Part shown: in pieces, positions 1 through 8,475 of the stretch | Numbering within the stretch: the first letter of the stretch is position 1 | How the letters are laid out: every line of letters begins with the position of its first letter | Origin: Octopus sinensis | Taxonomy: Eukaryota | DNA: 8,875 bases | Direction: 5' to 3' | Assembly: GCF_006345805.1 (NCBI RefSeq) | Contig: NW_021828357.1 | Location: 1-8,875, forward strand | Translations under genes and position numbers: made by a program | Notes under the pieces: model-generated | Databases searched by the model: none | The model's input: only the letters and a program-made list of their open reading frames with translations | What the model was told of the DNA's origin: nothing

Positions 1-500
1 TGCTTTCTATGCTATCATGGGCTGGACAGTTTGACAAGAGCTGGCAATGCCAGAGTCCCGCACCTGATTTCATAGTCTGTTTTGACTTGGTCTCCACTGC
101 TGGATGCCCTTCCTATCACCAACCAATTTATAGAGTACTTTCTACATAGCACCATCCCTAATGCTTTTTGCATGACACCATCACAAATGCGTTTTACGTG
201 ACCCCAGCACCAGTGTCCTTCATAGGCAAGCGTTACAAAGGTGGTTTTAAGATATCAATTCTGTTCTAGTCTGGTGGGTGGGTCATCTTGAGTACACCAT
301 ATACCTTGATCTTTTGTCATCTTCTTCATAAGGCTCAACATTTTGAGGTCTACTTTAGGTGATCAGCACTTCTTTATGCATCTGTGCCGATCCATACACA
401 TCACATGACCAAACCAGTGTAGTCCTCTCTCCTGCACACCGCATTGAATTCCTCATATATAACTTGTCTCTGAATGCACTAGCACTCTGTCACAGATGTA
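1..500 (-). mobile_element. RTE-clade LINE remnant: ORF C-terminus plus probable 3' UTR
   Basis: Minus-strand translation near 363-443 gives CGVQERGLHWFGHVMCMDRHRCIKKC*, matching the RTE C-terminal RLRWxGHVxRM motif. Near 296-350 it gives DLKMLSLMKKMTKDQGIW, like the DL...DR..W end motif. It is frameshifted and the GRP..W segment is missing. Assigning 1-290 to the UTR is inferred from position. Confidence 0.8.
150..227. repeat. Degenerate 26-bp tandem repeat, about 3 units
   Basis: caccatccctaatgctttttgcatga (150-175), caccatcacaaatgcgttttacgtga (176-201), ccccagcaccagtgtccttcataggc (202-227). Confidence 0.6.
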
Positions 501-637
501 CATGTACATGTATGTAAGTATTATACTTATATAAATATATATGTGTGTGTGTGTGTGTGTGCTTGTGTGTGTGTATATGTCTATGTGTATGATGTGTGTG
601 TATGTGTATATATATAATGTGCGTGTGTGTGTGTATA
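496..637. repeat. Compound (TG)n/(TA)n microsatellite
   Basis: Runs of tgtgtg, tatata and tgta read directly. Confidence 0.9.
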
Positions 638-711
638 CTTCCGGCCATTACATCATGTTGAACCGTTAATCCTTACACATTTTTTCTCTCCGCTTTTTTT
701 TTCTACTTAAT

Positions 712-749
712 CCTTTCTGTGGAACAGTATACGCTTGAAATGTCAAAGG
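712..749 (+). ncRNA. Degenerate minimal hammerhead-like motif, possibly from a Penelope-like element terminus (about 640-825)
   Basis: CCTTT (712-716) pairs with AAAGG (745-749). Between them lie a non-canonical CTGTGGAAC, an AGT/GCT stem (726-728/733-735), GAAA (737-740) and GTC (742-744). The CUGANGA box is not intact. Confidence 0.3.
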
Positions 750-842
750 CTTTTCCATTCTTCCTGATGAGAATTAGACTAATAGACCTGCTTGTTGTTC
801 CTTTTGTTTTATGTAAATTTGAACTATATATATATATATAAA

Positions 843-1727
843 CGAAGAGATACCCAAAAGAAACCAGAATTTTGCAATATCATTTTATTAACTTACTTTT
901 ACCTGTTTACCCTTTTATTGCATTTAAAGTCTTCTCCATTTGAAGCCATACATTGTTCCAGATGGTTTTTTCGCTGTTCGAAGCAGCACTGGAACTTTTG
1001 TGAAGTAATGCCTTTTAACGCCTCCATTGCTTTTCTTCACCTCTTCCAAATCTGAAAATTCAGTAGTTCCAGGTTTTGCTACCAGTGATGACCTGATAAA
1101 ACAGATCTGAATCAAATTCTAACTGTTCTTTCAGTTCATGACATGCATTCAGCCGTGACTGCTTTTGATCTTCCGTAAGCAAGCGAGGCATACATTTCTC
1201 TGCAACTCTTTTCATTCACAATTTCTCACTCAAAATTCGTTGGTAGGAGCTCAGGGACACATCAGTCATATCAACAAGTTTGTCAACTGTTCAGTGACGG
1301 TTCTTCAAGATCAGTTCATGAGTTTTCATGTTTTCATTCGTTAGGGATGTAAATGGTCGCCCTGAACGGGACTGGTGTTCAAGCGGCAAGTGACCATTCC
1401 TAAAGCATGAAAACAACTCATAAATTTGTGCTTTGCTCATGGCAGCATCCTTGTAACCTGTTTGAAGCATGAAAACTGTTTCAGCCACCAGAAAACAGAA
1501 TTTTTTAGAAGCACATTTTTCTTTTGTTTCAGCCATCGCAAAAATCGATGGACAGGGTAGAGGCACTGTAAAACAAAGACGCACCACGTGGCAGTATGGA
1601 CTTATTCGCCGCCATCTCTCAACAGACATGCCTGAGGCTTGCATCAAGTGACTTCTAGCAGGAAAAGCCTGAAACTACAACGGGCTTGTCCCACAGAGAA
1701 CGTTTCCGGTTACTTTTGGGTACCTCA
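843..1727 (-). mobile_element. Internally deleted mariner (Tc1/mariner) DNA transposon with both TIRs
   Basis: TIR cgaagagatacccaaaagaaaccagaa (843-869) matches the reverse complement of 1704-1727, tgaggtacccaaaagtaaccggaa. TA lies at 1728-1729 and a (TA)n tract at 826-840. A transposase pseudogene lies inside. Confidence 0.93.
921..1536 (-). pseudogene. Mariner transposase pseudogene: N-terminal HTH region and C-terminal tail, catalytic core deleted
   Basis: From ATG 1536: MAETKEKCASKKFCF...MSKAQIYELFSCFRNG...RSGRP...NRH*TVDKL...KL*MKRVAEKCMPRLLTEDQK...QVITGSKTWNY (degenerate WVPHEL linker and TGDETW motif). At about 1060 it jumps to FSDLEEVK...FQCCFEQRKNHLEQCMASNGEDF, the mariner C-terminus. 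In-frame stops and frameshifts are present. Confidence 0.9.
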
Positions 1728-1741
1728 TATATATGTGTCTA

Positions 1742-2698
1742 CGTGGTTTGATCAATAAGTATTCCGACTGTTACCATAGCAACGAAGTCAAAACACGCAT
1801 TGTGAAGCCGCTTGGCAAAGACTGACCTTAAACTCTGCTATGCATGCACACTAAGCTTTGACGTTCTAGCTCACTTCCGCTGTTTACAGCAGTGCTTGGA
1901 AGGAAAATGTGCATCGAGCGATCGTTGCATTGACCATGACAAAGACAGTTATCATGGTGATGCCTGCGCAGAGGCTTGTGCCAAGTTGCAGAAACTGTAT
2001 GGAGAGGAGTGTATGTGTCGCACACAAGTGTACAAGTGGTTCAGACGTTTCCAAGATAGCCAAAAAAGTGTTGATATTCACGTTCTGAGAGATCCACAAC
2101 CAGCAGATTTGAAAAAAAACATCGCAGATGTGTGTGCGACTATGAGGGGAAATCATCGAATCACCATCCTTGAGTTATCAGAGGATGTGCAGATTGATTT
2201 CATTTCAGTTCAGTCCATTACCACTGAAGATTTGGGTATGAGACATATGTCTGCCAAGTTTGTGCCAAAACTGCTTTCAGCTGACCAAAAAGACACTCGG
2301 GTTTCAGTTGCACAAGATCTCATTGATTGTGTCGAGAAAGATGAAAACTGTTTGAAGACTTTGCGTAGGCCTCTGAGTCAATATCGCCAAGCTTTAGGCA
2401 AAATTTGATGCAGATTCTCTGCTCAAATTTCTCTGTCGTGGTCAATGCGACGATCACACGCTACACACTCTCCTTCTAAGCACTGCTGTAAACAGCGGAA
2501 GTGAGCTAGAACGTTAAAACTTAGTGTGCATGTACAGCAGAGTTTAAGGTCAGTCTTTGCCAAGCGGCTTCACAATGCGTATTTTGACTTCGTTGCTAGT
2601 GCGCATGCATAGTAGAGTTCAAGGTTAATCTGTACCAAGCAGCTTCACTTTGCATGCTTTATTACAGCAACAGTCCGGATACTTATTGATCAGACCAC
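1742..2698 (+). mobile_element. Non-autonomous mariner derivative whose 3' half is an inverted copy of its own 5' end
   Basis: TIRs 1743-1772 and 2669-2698 match at 27/30, with TA at 1740-1741 and 2699-2700. Internal inverted arms are 1777-1986 and 2358-2598. The right arm on the minus strand reads TTEKFEQRICIKFCLKLGDIDSEAYAK, a second copy of the transposase N-terminus. Confidence 0.93.
1936..2360 (+). pseudogene. Mariner transposase N-terminal DNA-binding half, truncated before the first catalytic Asp
   Basis: LQKLYGEECMCRTQVYKWFRRFQD (HTH1), NHRITILELSEDVQI...ITTEDLGMRHMSAKFVPKLLSADQK (HTH2 and linker), ending at DENCLKT just before the expected IITGDETW. The native ATG at 1936 is out of frame with the 198-aa ORF. 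Confidence 0.88.
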
Positions 2699-2968
2699 TA
2701 TACTGTATATAAGGGATTATAATCCAAGCTGTGTCATTGTGAAGCACATGTGCATGTTCACATTAATCAAACATACGTATATACATGTCTCATTTTGTTT
2801 GAATTATACATAGCAACTGAAATTTCTAGTAAATTCTATTTGCAGAGTAATTACATGAGAAAACAGCAGGCTTGAAACATTTGGTTTATTTTTAATTTCA
2901 CCTTACATGTGTTTCATTAAAAGATAAGAGTTACAAAGATACACATATCAGAAAAAAGGGATAGAATC

Positions 2969-3126
2969 TCCTATCCATAATTCTTCTGACAAAACTTCAA
3001 AAGTAATACAAATTTACTATGGTTGATTTTGCAATTAAGCTTAATGCTTAAAACTAAAAATTGCAGCATAATCCAGTGTAAATTTGTGTTATTTTTAAAT
3101 CTTTGTCTGAAGAATTACAGATAGGA
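2969..3126. repeat. Inverted repeat with 68-bp arms and 22-bp spacer, possibly an old MITE or foldback
   Basis: 2969-3036 aligns without gaps to the reverse complement of 3059-3126, 54/68 identical by hand count. No clear TSD. Confidence 0.85.
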
Positions 3127-3426
3127 TATTAGCTGCCAAATCTCCTTCAAACAATTTATCCTTAGTTCAAAAAGAAAAAGCAGAATCTCAGAAAACTGGA
3201 AGAAAGACATAACAAAATATGTTGATAATGGTCAGGAAAAAAGAAATATAGAAAGCTGGGTGTCAGTCTCTCCTTCTGATACCAACCTACCTTTGCTGGC
3301 CCCAGGTTCTATGACAGTAGTCTAAATTATAATCTTCCATCAAAAATTTTGCTAATCTGTTCCAGACCCCAGCTTAATAATGAGAAAGTTATTTTATTAA
3401 ATTCTTCATTATTTTAAAAATTAATT

Positions 3427-3890
3427 GCTCCATTCATCTTCCCACACAGCCTCAGATTCAACACGGAGGGCTTTATCAAGTGCTTGGAGAAGGCAGTACT
3501 GCCCTGGGTCAAGAGGGTGGCTGCTGCAAGACCCTATCTGGCAATAGGTCACTGCACCAAACCACACAAGCAGGAGGTCCCAATCATGGTTGTCAGACAA
3601 TTTCTGTGACCACACCACCCCTAGCACCTGGCCACCTAACTCCCCAGACTGCAGCCTCCTTGATTATTGTGTTTATGGCGCAGTTGATGAACTGAAGGCA
3701 AGGATTATGGCAGAATTCACCAACTTAAACAAGAGATCCTCCAGAAGAGTTGCAGGAGATTCCAAAGTCGTCTGGAGGCCGTGATTAAAGCCAATTGCGA
3801 TTTTTTTAAATAAATTTACTCCTTAGTATTTGAAAATATTTTTTATGTAATTTTGGCAAATATATCTGTTAAAATGAGAAGTCTGTGTTA
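3427..3890 (+). mobile_element. Tc1/mariner-superfamily transposase 3' remnant, DD37D (maT-like) spacing
   Basis: PFIFPHSLRFNTEGFIKCLEKAVLPWVKRVAAARPY, then WQ*VTAPNHTSRRSQSWLSDNFCDHTTPSTWPPNSPDCSLLDY. There are 37 residues between the second-Asp position (mutated to V) and the third Asp. It ends SCRRFQSRLEAVIKANCDFFK* at 3811-3813. No TIR is visible. Confidence 0.85.
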
Positions 3891-3891
3891 T

Positions 3892-3938
<47 letters not shown>

Positions 3939-4028
3939 AACATATATATATACACATATATATACACATATATACACATGTATATACCTGCATATCTACA
4001 CGCACATACATAAACAAGCGCGTACGTG

Positions 4029-4060
<32 letters not shown>

Positions 4061-4067
4061 TGTATAT
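3890..4067. repeat. Compound (CA)n/(TA)n/(TATG)n microsatellite
   Basis: Read directly. Confidence 0.95.
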
Positions 4068-4482
4068 TCAAATTAAGGGTGGGAAGCAGGTAATATTCAG
4101 GCTACATATGTTTACTTGCTAGTAGATCTTCTAATGTAATAATTGCTCAACGAGGAGAACCCAGCTAGCTACTCATCAGACCGAAGATACCTTAATGATA
4201 TGAAAGTTACTTTGCCGTTATGGAATCCCAGTTTAACTCGCCAAAGATGTAATTTGAAATGCTCCACTCCTTCAATTTGGATTTTCATTTGCATTCATAG
4301 CAACTCAAGTTCTTAACCGTGAACTAGGAAAACATTGTTTATCTTACCGAACTTCGATATGGGAAAATCCTACAACCCTCGACGTCAATGAATTATTATT
4401 GTTCCTGAACGTTTTTTTATACCTACCACGGACTTCCCGAAGCTTACAAACTTCCTACAATTAGATCTTTAGATTTTATAAC

Positions 4483-4529
<47 letters not shown>

Positions 4530-4597
4530 GTGTATGTATCCATGTATGTATGTATGTAACTATATTGTATATATATATATATGTATAAATGCATGTG

Positions 4598-4668
<71 letters not shown>

Positions 4669-4724
4669 ATATATTAATATATATATATAGTATTTATGTA
4701 TGTATATATATATATATATATATA
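4483..4724. repeat. Compound (TG)n/(TATG)n/(TA)n microsatellite
   Basis: Read directly. Confidence 0.95.
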
Positions 4725-5040
4725 GGATCTGACTGAAGAGAATCAGGTGCCTTAGGCGCTAAATTCGAAATCATGATATCAGATTAACTGACATTCCTCA
4801 TGCATCCTTTGCAGTGGTAAGGCGCTAATTTTTTTCCTATTATGCCTGTATTCATTTAATGATTCTTCTGTGGCTTAGTAGTATTTTGACTTCTATTTTT
4901 AGCTAAGCAGGTGCTTATGTAGTACACTAGTATATATTAATATATGTATATATCTTATATATAATTATTTATTTTGCCTATACGGCTTTTACGCTTGCGG
5001 CCACTAACACTATCATTTTAAAGAATAATATCGTTCTTTA
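4725..5040 (+). mobile_element. Probable Penelope-like element pLTR or retrozyme-like unit carrying the hammerhead
   Basis: Non-coding AT-rich block that starts right after a (TA)n tract with the hammerhead. Hammerheads with a short palindromic helix III are characteristic of PLE pLTRs. The right boundary is approximate and no RT or GIY-YIG ORF is seen. Confidence 0.45.
4726..4785 (+). ncRNA. Type I hammerhead ribozyme with complete core and palindromic helix III
   Basis: Helix I GATCTGA (4726-4732) pairs with TCAGATT (4779-4785). Core CTGAAGA is at 4733-4739. Helix II is GAAT/ATTC (4740-4743/4763-4766), extended by GGTGCC-TTA-GGCGCT. GAAA is at 4767-4770. Helix III is the palindrome ATCATGAT (4770-4777). 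The NUH triplet ATA is at 4776-4778, so cleavage is predicted after 4778. Confidence 0.85.
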
Positions 5041-5279
5041 ATATTTATATATAATATTTAGTATTTAGTATTTTGGTACATTTACACCATTTGTCGACAG
5101 CAAGAATATTTCTCCATGACAAAACACAGTGAATGACTTTATTACGGGTTCGAACATACCCCAAGCATATTTGAACTGTTAATAACCTTGTGTCAGTATA
5201 TGTATACACTAGGAAATAATTACATCGCCAATTGCTTCATTACACATAAACTTTGTTTTGTGTCCTTAATTGCTCTTTC

Positions 5280-5696
5280 AGTTCTTGCTATCTCAGCTTG
5301 CGGCAGAATACGCAACACTGTGAGATAGTTGTGTCTATAGTATTCGATCTTGGGCTAGAGCGTTGAAGGAAATCACGTCGATGCCTATCCATGCTGTGAT
5401 GCCCACCTCTGTTTTTCTTTCTATTTATTATGCTTTCCGAACAGATCTTGTTGATACCACAATCGCTTAGCGTGGCCAGGCAGTTTGAGTACTTTCCTTT
5501 TGCTGACATAGTTGATTAGTTGTTGTAATTTGGTTATTTTTCTTAGATCTTCGGTTCTGACATGGTCTGAGAGCTTGGTGTTAGTAAAAAGTCAAATTAC
5601 ATTATTCTGAAAGGTTTCCAGCTCCTGTAGTGCAACATAAGTTTAGTCCATATAAAACTATTGGAACATAGGTATTGTAGATACCTGATTTTTAAT
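5280..5696 (-). mobile_element. RTE-clade LINE 3' fragment (post-RT region to C-terminus)
   Basis: Minus-strand fragments across frameshifts: LKIR..IYNTYVPIVLYGL, LETFQNNVI*LFTNTKLSDHVRTEDLRKITKLQQLINYVSKRK..PGHAKR, KICSESIINRKKNRGG, LAQDR. These follow the motif order of RTE ORF ends. Confidence 0.75.
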
Positions 5697-5847
5697 TATC
5701 GAAAGATTCATAGAATTAAAAAGATCACTATATATATGCTTCATAGACTTCACCAAAGCGTTTGACGGTGTAAAGCTTCACCGTCTATGGAAATTTCTTG
5801 AAAGCACCAGAGTCAATGAGAGATACATAAACCTGCTAAAACTCGCA
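5695..5847 (+). pseudogene. Non-LTR reverse transcriptase fragment (RTE-like), inverted relative to the adjacent 3' piece
   Basis: Open frame IIERFIELKRSLYICFIDFTKAFDGVKLHRLWKFLESTRVNERYINLLKL. FIDFTKAFD (5740-5766) is the conserved LINE RT motif. Confidence 0.9.
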
Positions 5848-6396
5848 ATATTTCAATCGGTCTTGGTTGGGCAACCTTTGATAAGAACAAAATTACACCT
5901 CAAAGCGAATACTATACCACGTGAAATCCGGCATCTTGTTTGCTATTCTTTGCCTATTAAAGATTCGAACCTTCGACTTTCAAGAACTACTGTAACAGGA
6001 CAATGCTTCCCAGCTGGAACTTACGGTGGTGTTTCCGCCATGTATCGTAAAGAGTGTCATTTTGCTACATAACTGCGAATGATTTATTTCCAGAAGCTGG
6101 AGTCGTGGGATTTAGGTATGGAACACTAATGGAAGACCATACGGTCAAATGTTTAACTGTGTCGGATGGATCAAGGATGAAATTTAGTTGACGCTAAAGA
6201 GAATCAACGTAAACTTAACATTCACCGATCAGTTAGATGGTTTAAAATATTAGAGATTTCTACACAGAGAATGCTCTGGATCGAGCGATGTTTTATGAGC
6301 TGATGTGAAGACGATTATATGGAGCAGTGATAATACAGTGATAATACAGTAAATGCTGAATTAGAAGTATCATCAACAGTAAAGGGAACTCGCGCG

Positions 6397-6532
6397 ACCA
6401 CACACATGCACACACACAAACACGCACAACACACACACACTTATACACGCATATACAAATATTGATAGGGAGAGAAAGAGTTGTAGAGATATTTGCTCAC
6501 TTATTCAAATATATACGAGAGTGAGAGCGAGG

Positions 6533-6568
<36 letters not shown>

Positions 6569-6577
6569 AGAAAGAGA
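6397..6577. repeat. Degenerate (CA)n followed by (GA)n microsatellite
   Basis: cacaca runs at about 6397-6450 and gagaga at about 6517-6577. Confidence 0.85.
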
Positions 6578-7170
6578 TGCTGACGTTAAAAGTATTCTGT
6601 GAGAGCCCATAGATGGATAGCTGTTTATTTTAACTCTCAACAACTAAGAGCTGCATAGGATCTTTACTTAATATTTTCTGTTATTTTATTTGCCATGTTA
6701 TATCCATACCATTCTTCAGGCTTAATGTACGGTCAAACATTTCTTTCCGACATCATGTTCCACATTAAACAATGTCTTTTCTTTCGCTAAAAGAATTCAT
6801 TTTAACTCCGTTGAACCAACAAAGTTTTAAGTGTGAAACGAGATGAAGTATCACAATATTGTTCTCTTGTAACAACACATACATCGGTGAATGTGTCAAG
6901 AGACGTGACGTATTCATTTGAATTGGCTTAAGAATCGATTGTTTACGATGCGCAGTGCATACTGTTGCTAGTTTAACAAGTTTTATGCAACTGTGATCAG
7001 AGTTTTGGCGAGCATACAGATCTCATATGCTGCTTTGCATACAACGATTTGTATATCAACGGAGTGTTCAAACTGTTTCCTGAGATATTCTGTTGAGAGC
7101 TTTAGCTGATGACATTTTTACATAATCTCAGCTTAGGCGCATTTATATTTAAGATCATGGAGAGTGTAAC

Positions 7171-7210
7171 GATAATGATAATGATACTACCACCACCACC
7201 ACCAACCACC

Positions 7211-7257
<47 letters not shown>

Positions 7258-7379
7258 TACTACTACTTCTTCTTCTTCTACTACTACTACTACTACTAAT
7301 AATAATAATAATGATAATAATAATAATAATAAGAAGAAAGAAGAAGAAGAAGAAGAAGAAGAAGAAGAAGAAGAAGAAG

Positions 7380-7409
<30 letters not shown>
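7171..7409. repeat. Compound trinucleotide microsatellite (ATG/ATA, ACC, ACT, TCT, ACT, AAT, AAG/GAA)
   Basis: Read directly. It produces the poly-P/T/S/N/E and poly-F/L ORFs in the track. Confidence 0.95.
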
Positions 7410-7410
<1 letters not shown>

Positions 7411-7552
7411 GTAATGACGACAGCGACGACGAGGGGGAAGAAGAATGAATATTTCTCAAGTAGGTTCAAACTAACATTGTGCCCGATAGTGAGTGAATAA
7501 TTATACACAGACAAACATACACACACGAGCTGGACAGTAAAGAAATTTACGT

Positions 7553-7661
7553 CATATATACATATATATATATATATTATATATATATGTATGCATGTGC
7601 AGACTTTTGCGTGTGCGCATGTGTACATATATATATATAATATATATATATATATATAGCC

Positions 7662-7746
<85 letters not shown>

Positions 7747-7755
7747 CAGATAGAT
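7553..7755. repeat. (TA)n tracts followed by an (AGAT)n tetranucleotide repeat
   Basis: TA runs at 7553-7658 and a near-perfect agat repeat at 7662-7755. Confidence 0.95.
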
Positions 7756-7842
7756 ATTATTATTTGTTTTAATGTTTAGTTGAATTAAAACAAATTTACA
7801 TTAATCTAAAGGTTCCTCCATACTTTTGTAGCGTACAAATCT

Positions 7843-7972
7843 ATTATTCGACAAGAATAGTATTGACAGTGATATCGAAGTATAGACCAGCTAAGCCATC
7901 ACTATTCTGATGATAGCTTAGTTGGCCGAAACTTCGAAGTCACTGTCAATCCTATTCTTGTTAAACAATAAT
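7843..7972. repeat. Foldback palindrome made of two head-to-head degenerate hammerhead copies (PLE-like inverted terminus)
   Basis: The left arm (about 7843-7901) is the degenerate reverse complement of the right arm (about 7908-7972). The right arm has CTGATGA (7907-7913), GAAA (7928-7931), the palindrome ACTTCGAAGT (7931-7940) and GTC (7939-7941). Confidence 0.75.
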
Positions 7973-8001
7973 TCTTGTTAAACAATAATATATATATATA
8001 C

Positions 8002-8475
8002 TTTTCAAGTATCACTTGAAAAGGAAAGTGAGAGTAGTGAGGCAAGTTTTGTCTAGCGAATGTTTAAAAAAAGATGGGTGAATGTAGCAAGGATGGCACG
8101 TATGAATGACGAAGCCACCTTGAACATAATCCTATGAACCCGGAAAATTTAAAACAGAGGGTTACCTACTTGCAAACAAATGTGGTAACATTTAACATTA
8201 TTGACCGAGATCACCGTGGTCTTTTCCGTAGGCTTTTCTTCCCACGGATAAACCTTATCTGCTTCCCCCGTTGCACTTTACATCATGATACTGTGATACA
8301 CGATCCCAGTTGATCGTTTTTTTCTTTTTTTTCCTTTTCCCTTTTTTCCTTCTTTCCCTTTTACGATCCCTTTTGATCGAAAACCTACCTCACCTTTTTT
8401 ATTTTTCTCTCCCCCAAAAAGAAAAGCTCTACTTTGTAATCTGTAATTTGTGTGCAGCCCTGTGTGGCTAATAAA
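8002..8475 (+). mobile_element. 5'-truncated non-LTR retrotransposon 3' end, probably L1/Tx1-like
   Basis: FKYHLKRKVRVVRQVLSSEC, then a 1-nt shift to FKKRWVNVARMARMNDEATLNIIL*, resembling the F...W ending of L1/Tx1 ORF2. It is followed by a pyrimidine-rich 3' UTR (about 8315-8415) and AATAAA (8470-8475). The clade call rests on resemblance only. Confidence 0.55.

Noticed and set aside
150-227. CRISPR-like array
   Set aside because: The units are contiguous and degenerate with no spacers, and the context is eukaryotic with no cas genes.
764-790. CTGATGAG as another hammerhead core
   Set aside because: No helix II, GAAA or NUH arrangement follows it.
1812-2408. 198-aa ORF as a functional or domesticated DNA-binding protein
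   Set aside because: It starts at TTG in the 5' UTR and the native ATG (1936) is out of frame. The RSGRP-like segment (RSERSTTSR, about 2081-2110) lies in another frame between compensating frameshifts, and the tail is antisense transposase. The frame is probably open by chance.
3823-4071. 82-aa minus-strand ORF
   Set aside because: It is a translation of (TATG)n/(TA)n/(CA)n repeats.
4150-4185. Minus-strand CTGATGAG as a hammerhead core
   Set aside because: No GAAA box or helix I partner lies downstream on that strand.
5863-6072. 69-aa ORF as a small gene
   Set aside because: It has a non-ATG start, no recognisable motif, and a length expected by chance.
6235-6310. Possible further RTE C-terminal remnant (ENALDRAM)
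   Set aside because: It is one short motif without the upstream GHV or GRP motifs, so it cannot be told from chance.
7109-7628. ORFs with poly-T/N/E, poly-F and poly-L tracts
   Set aside because: They are translations of trinucleotide microsatellites with no other coding signal.
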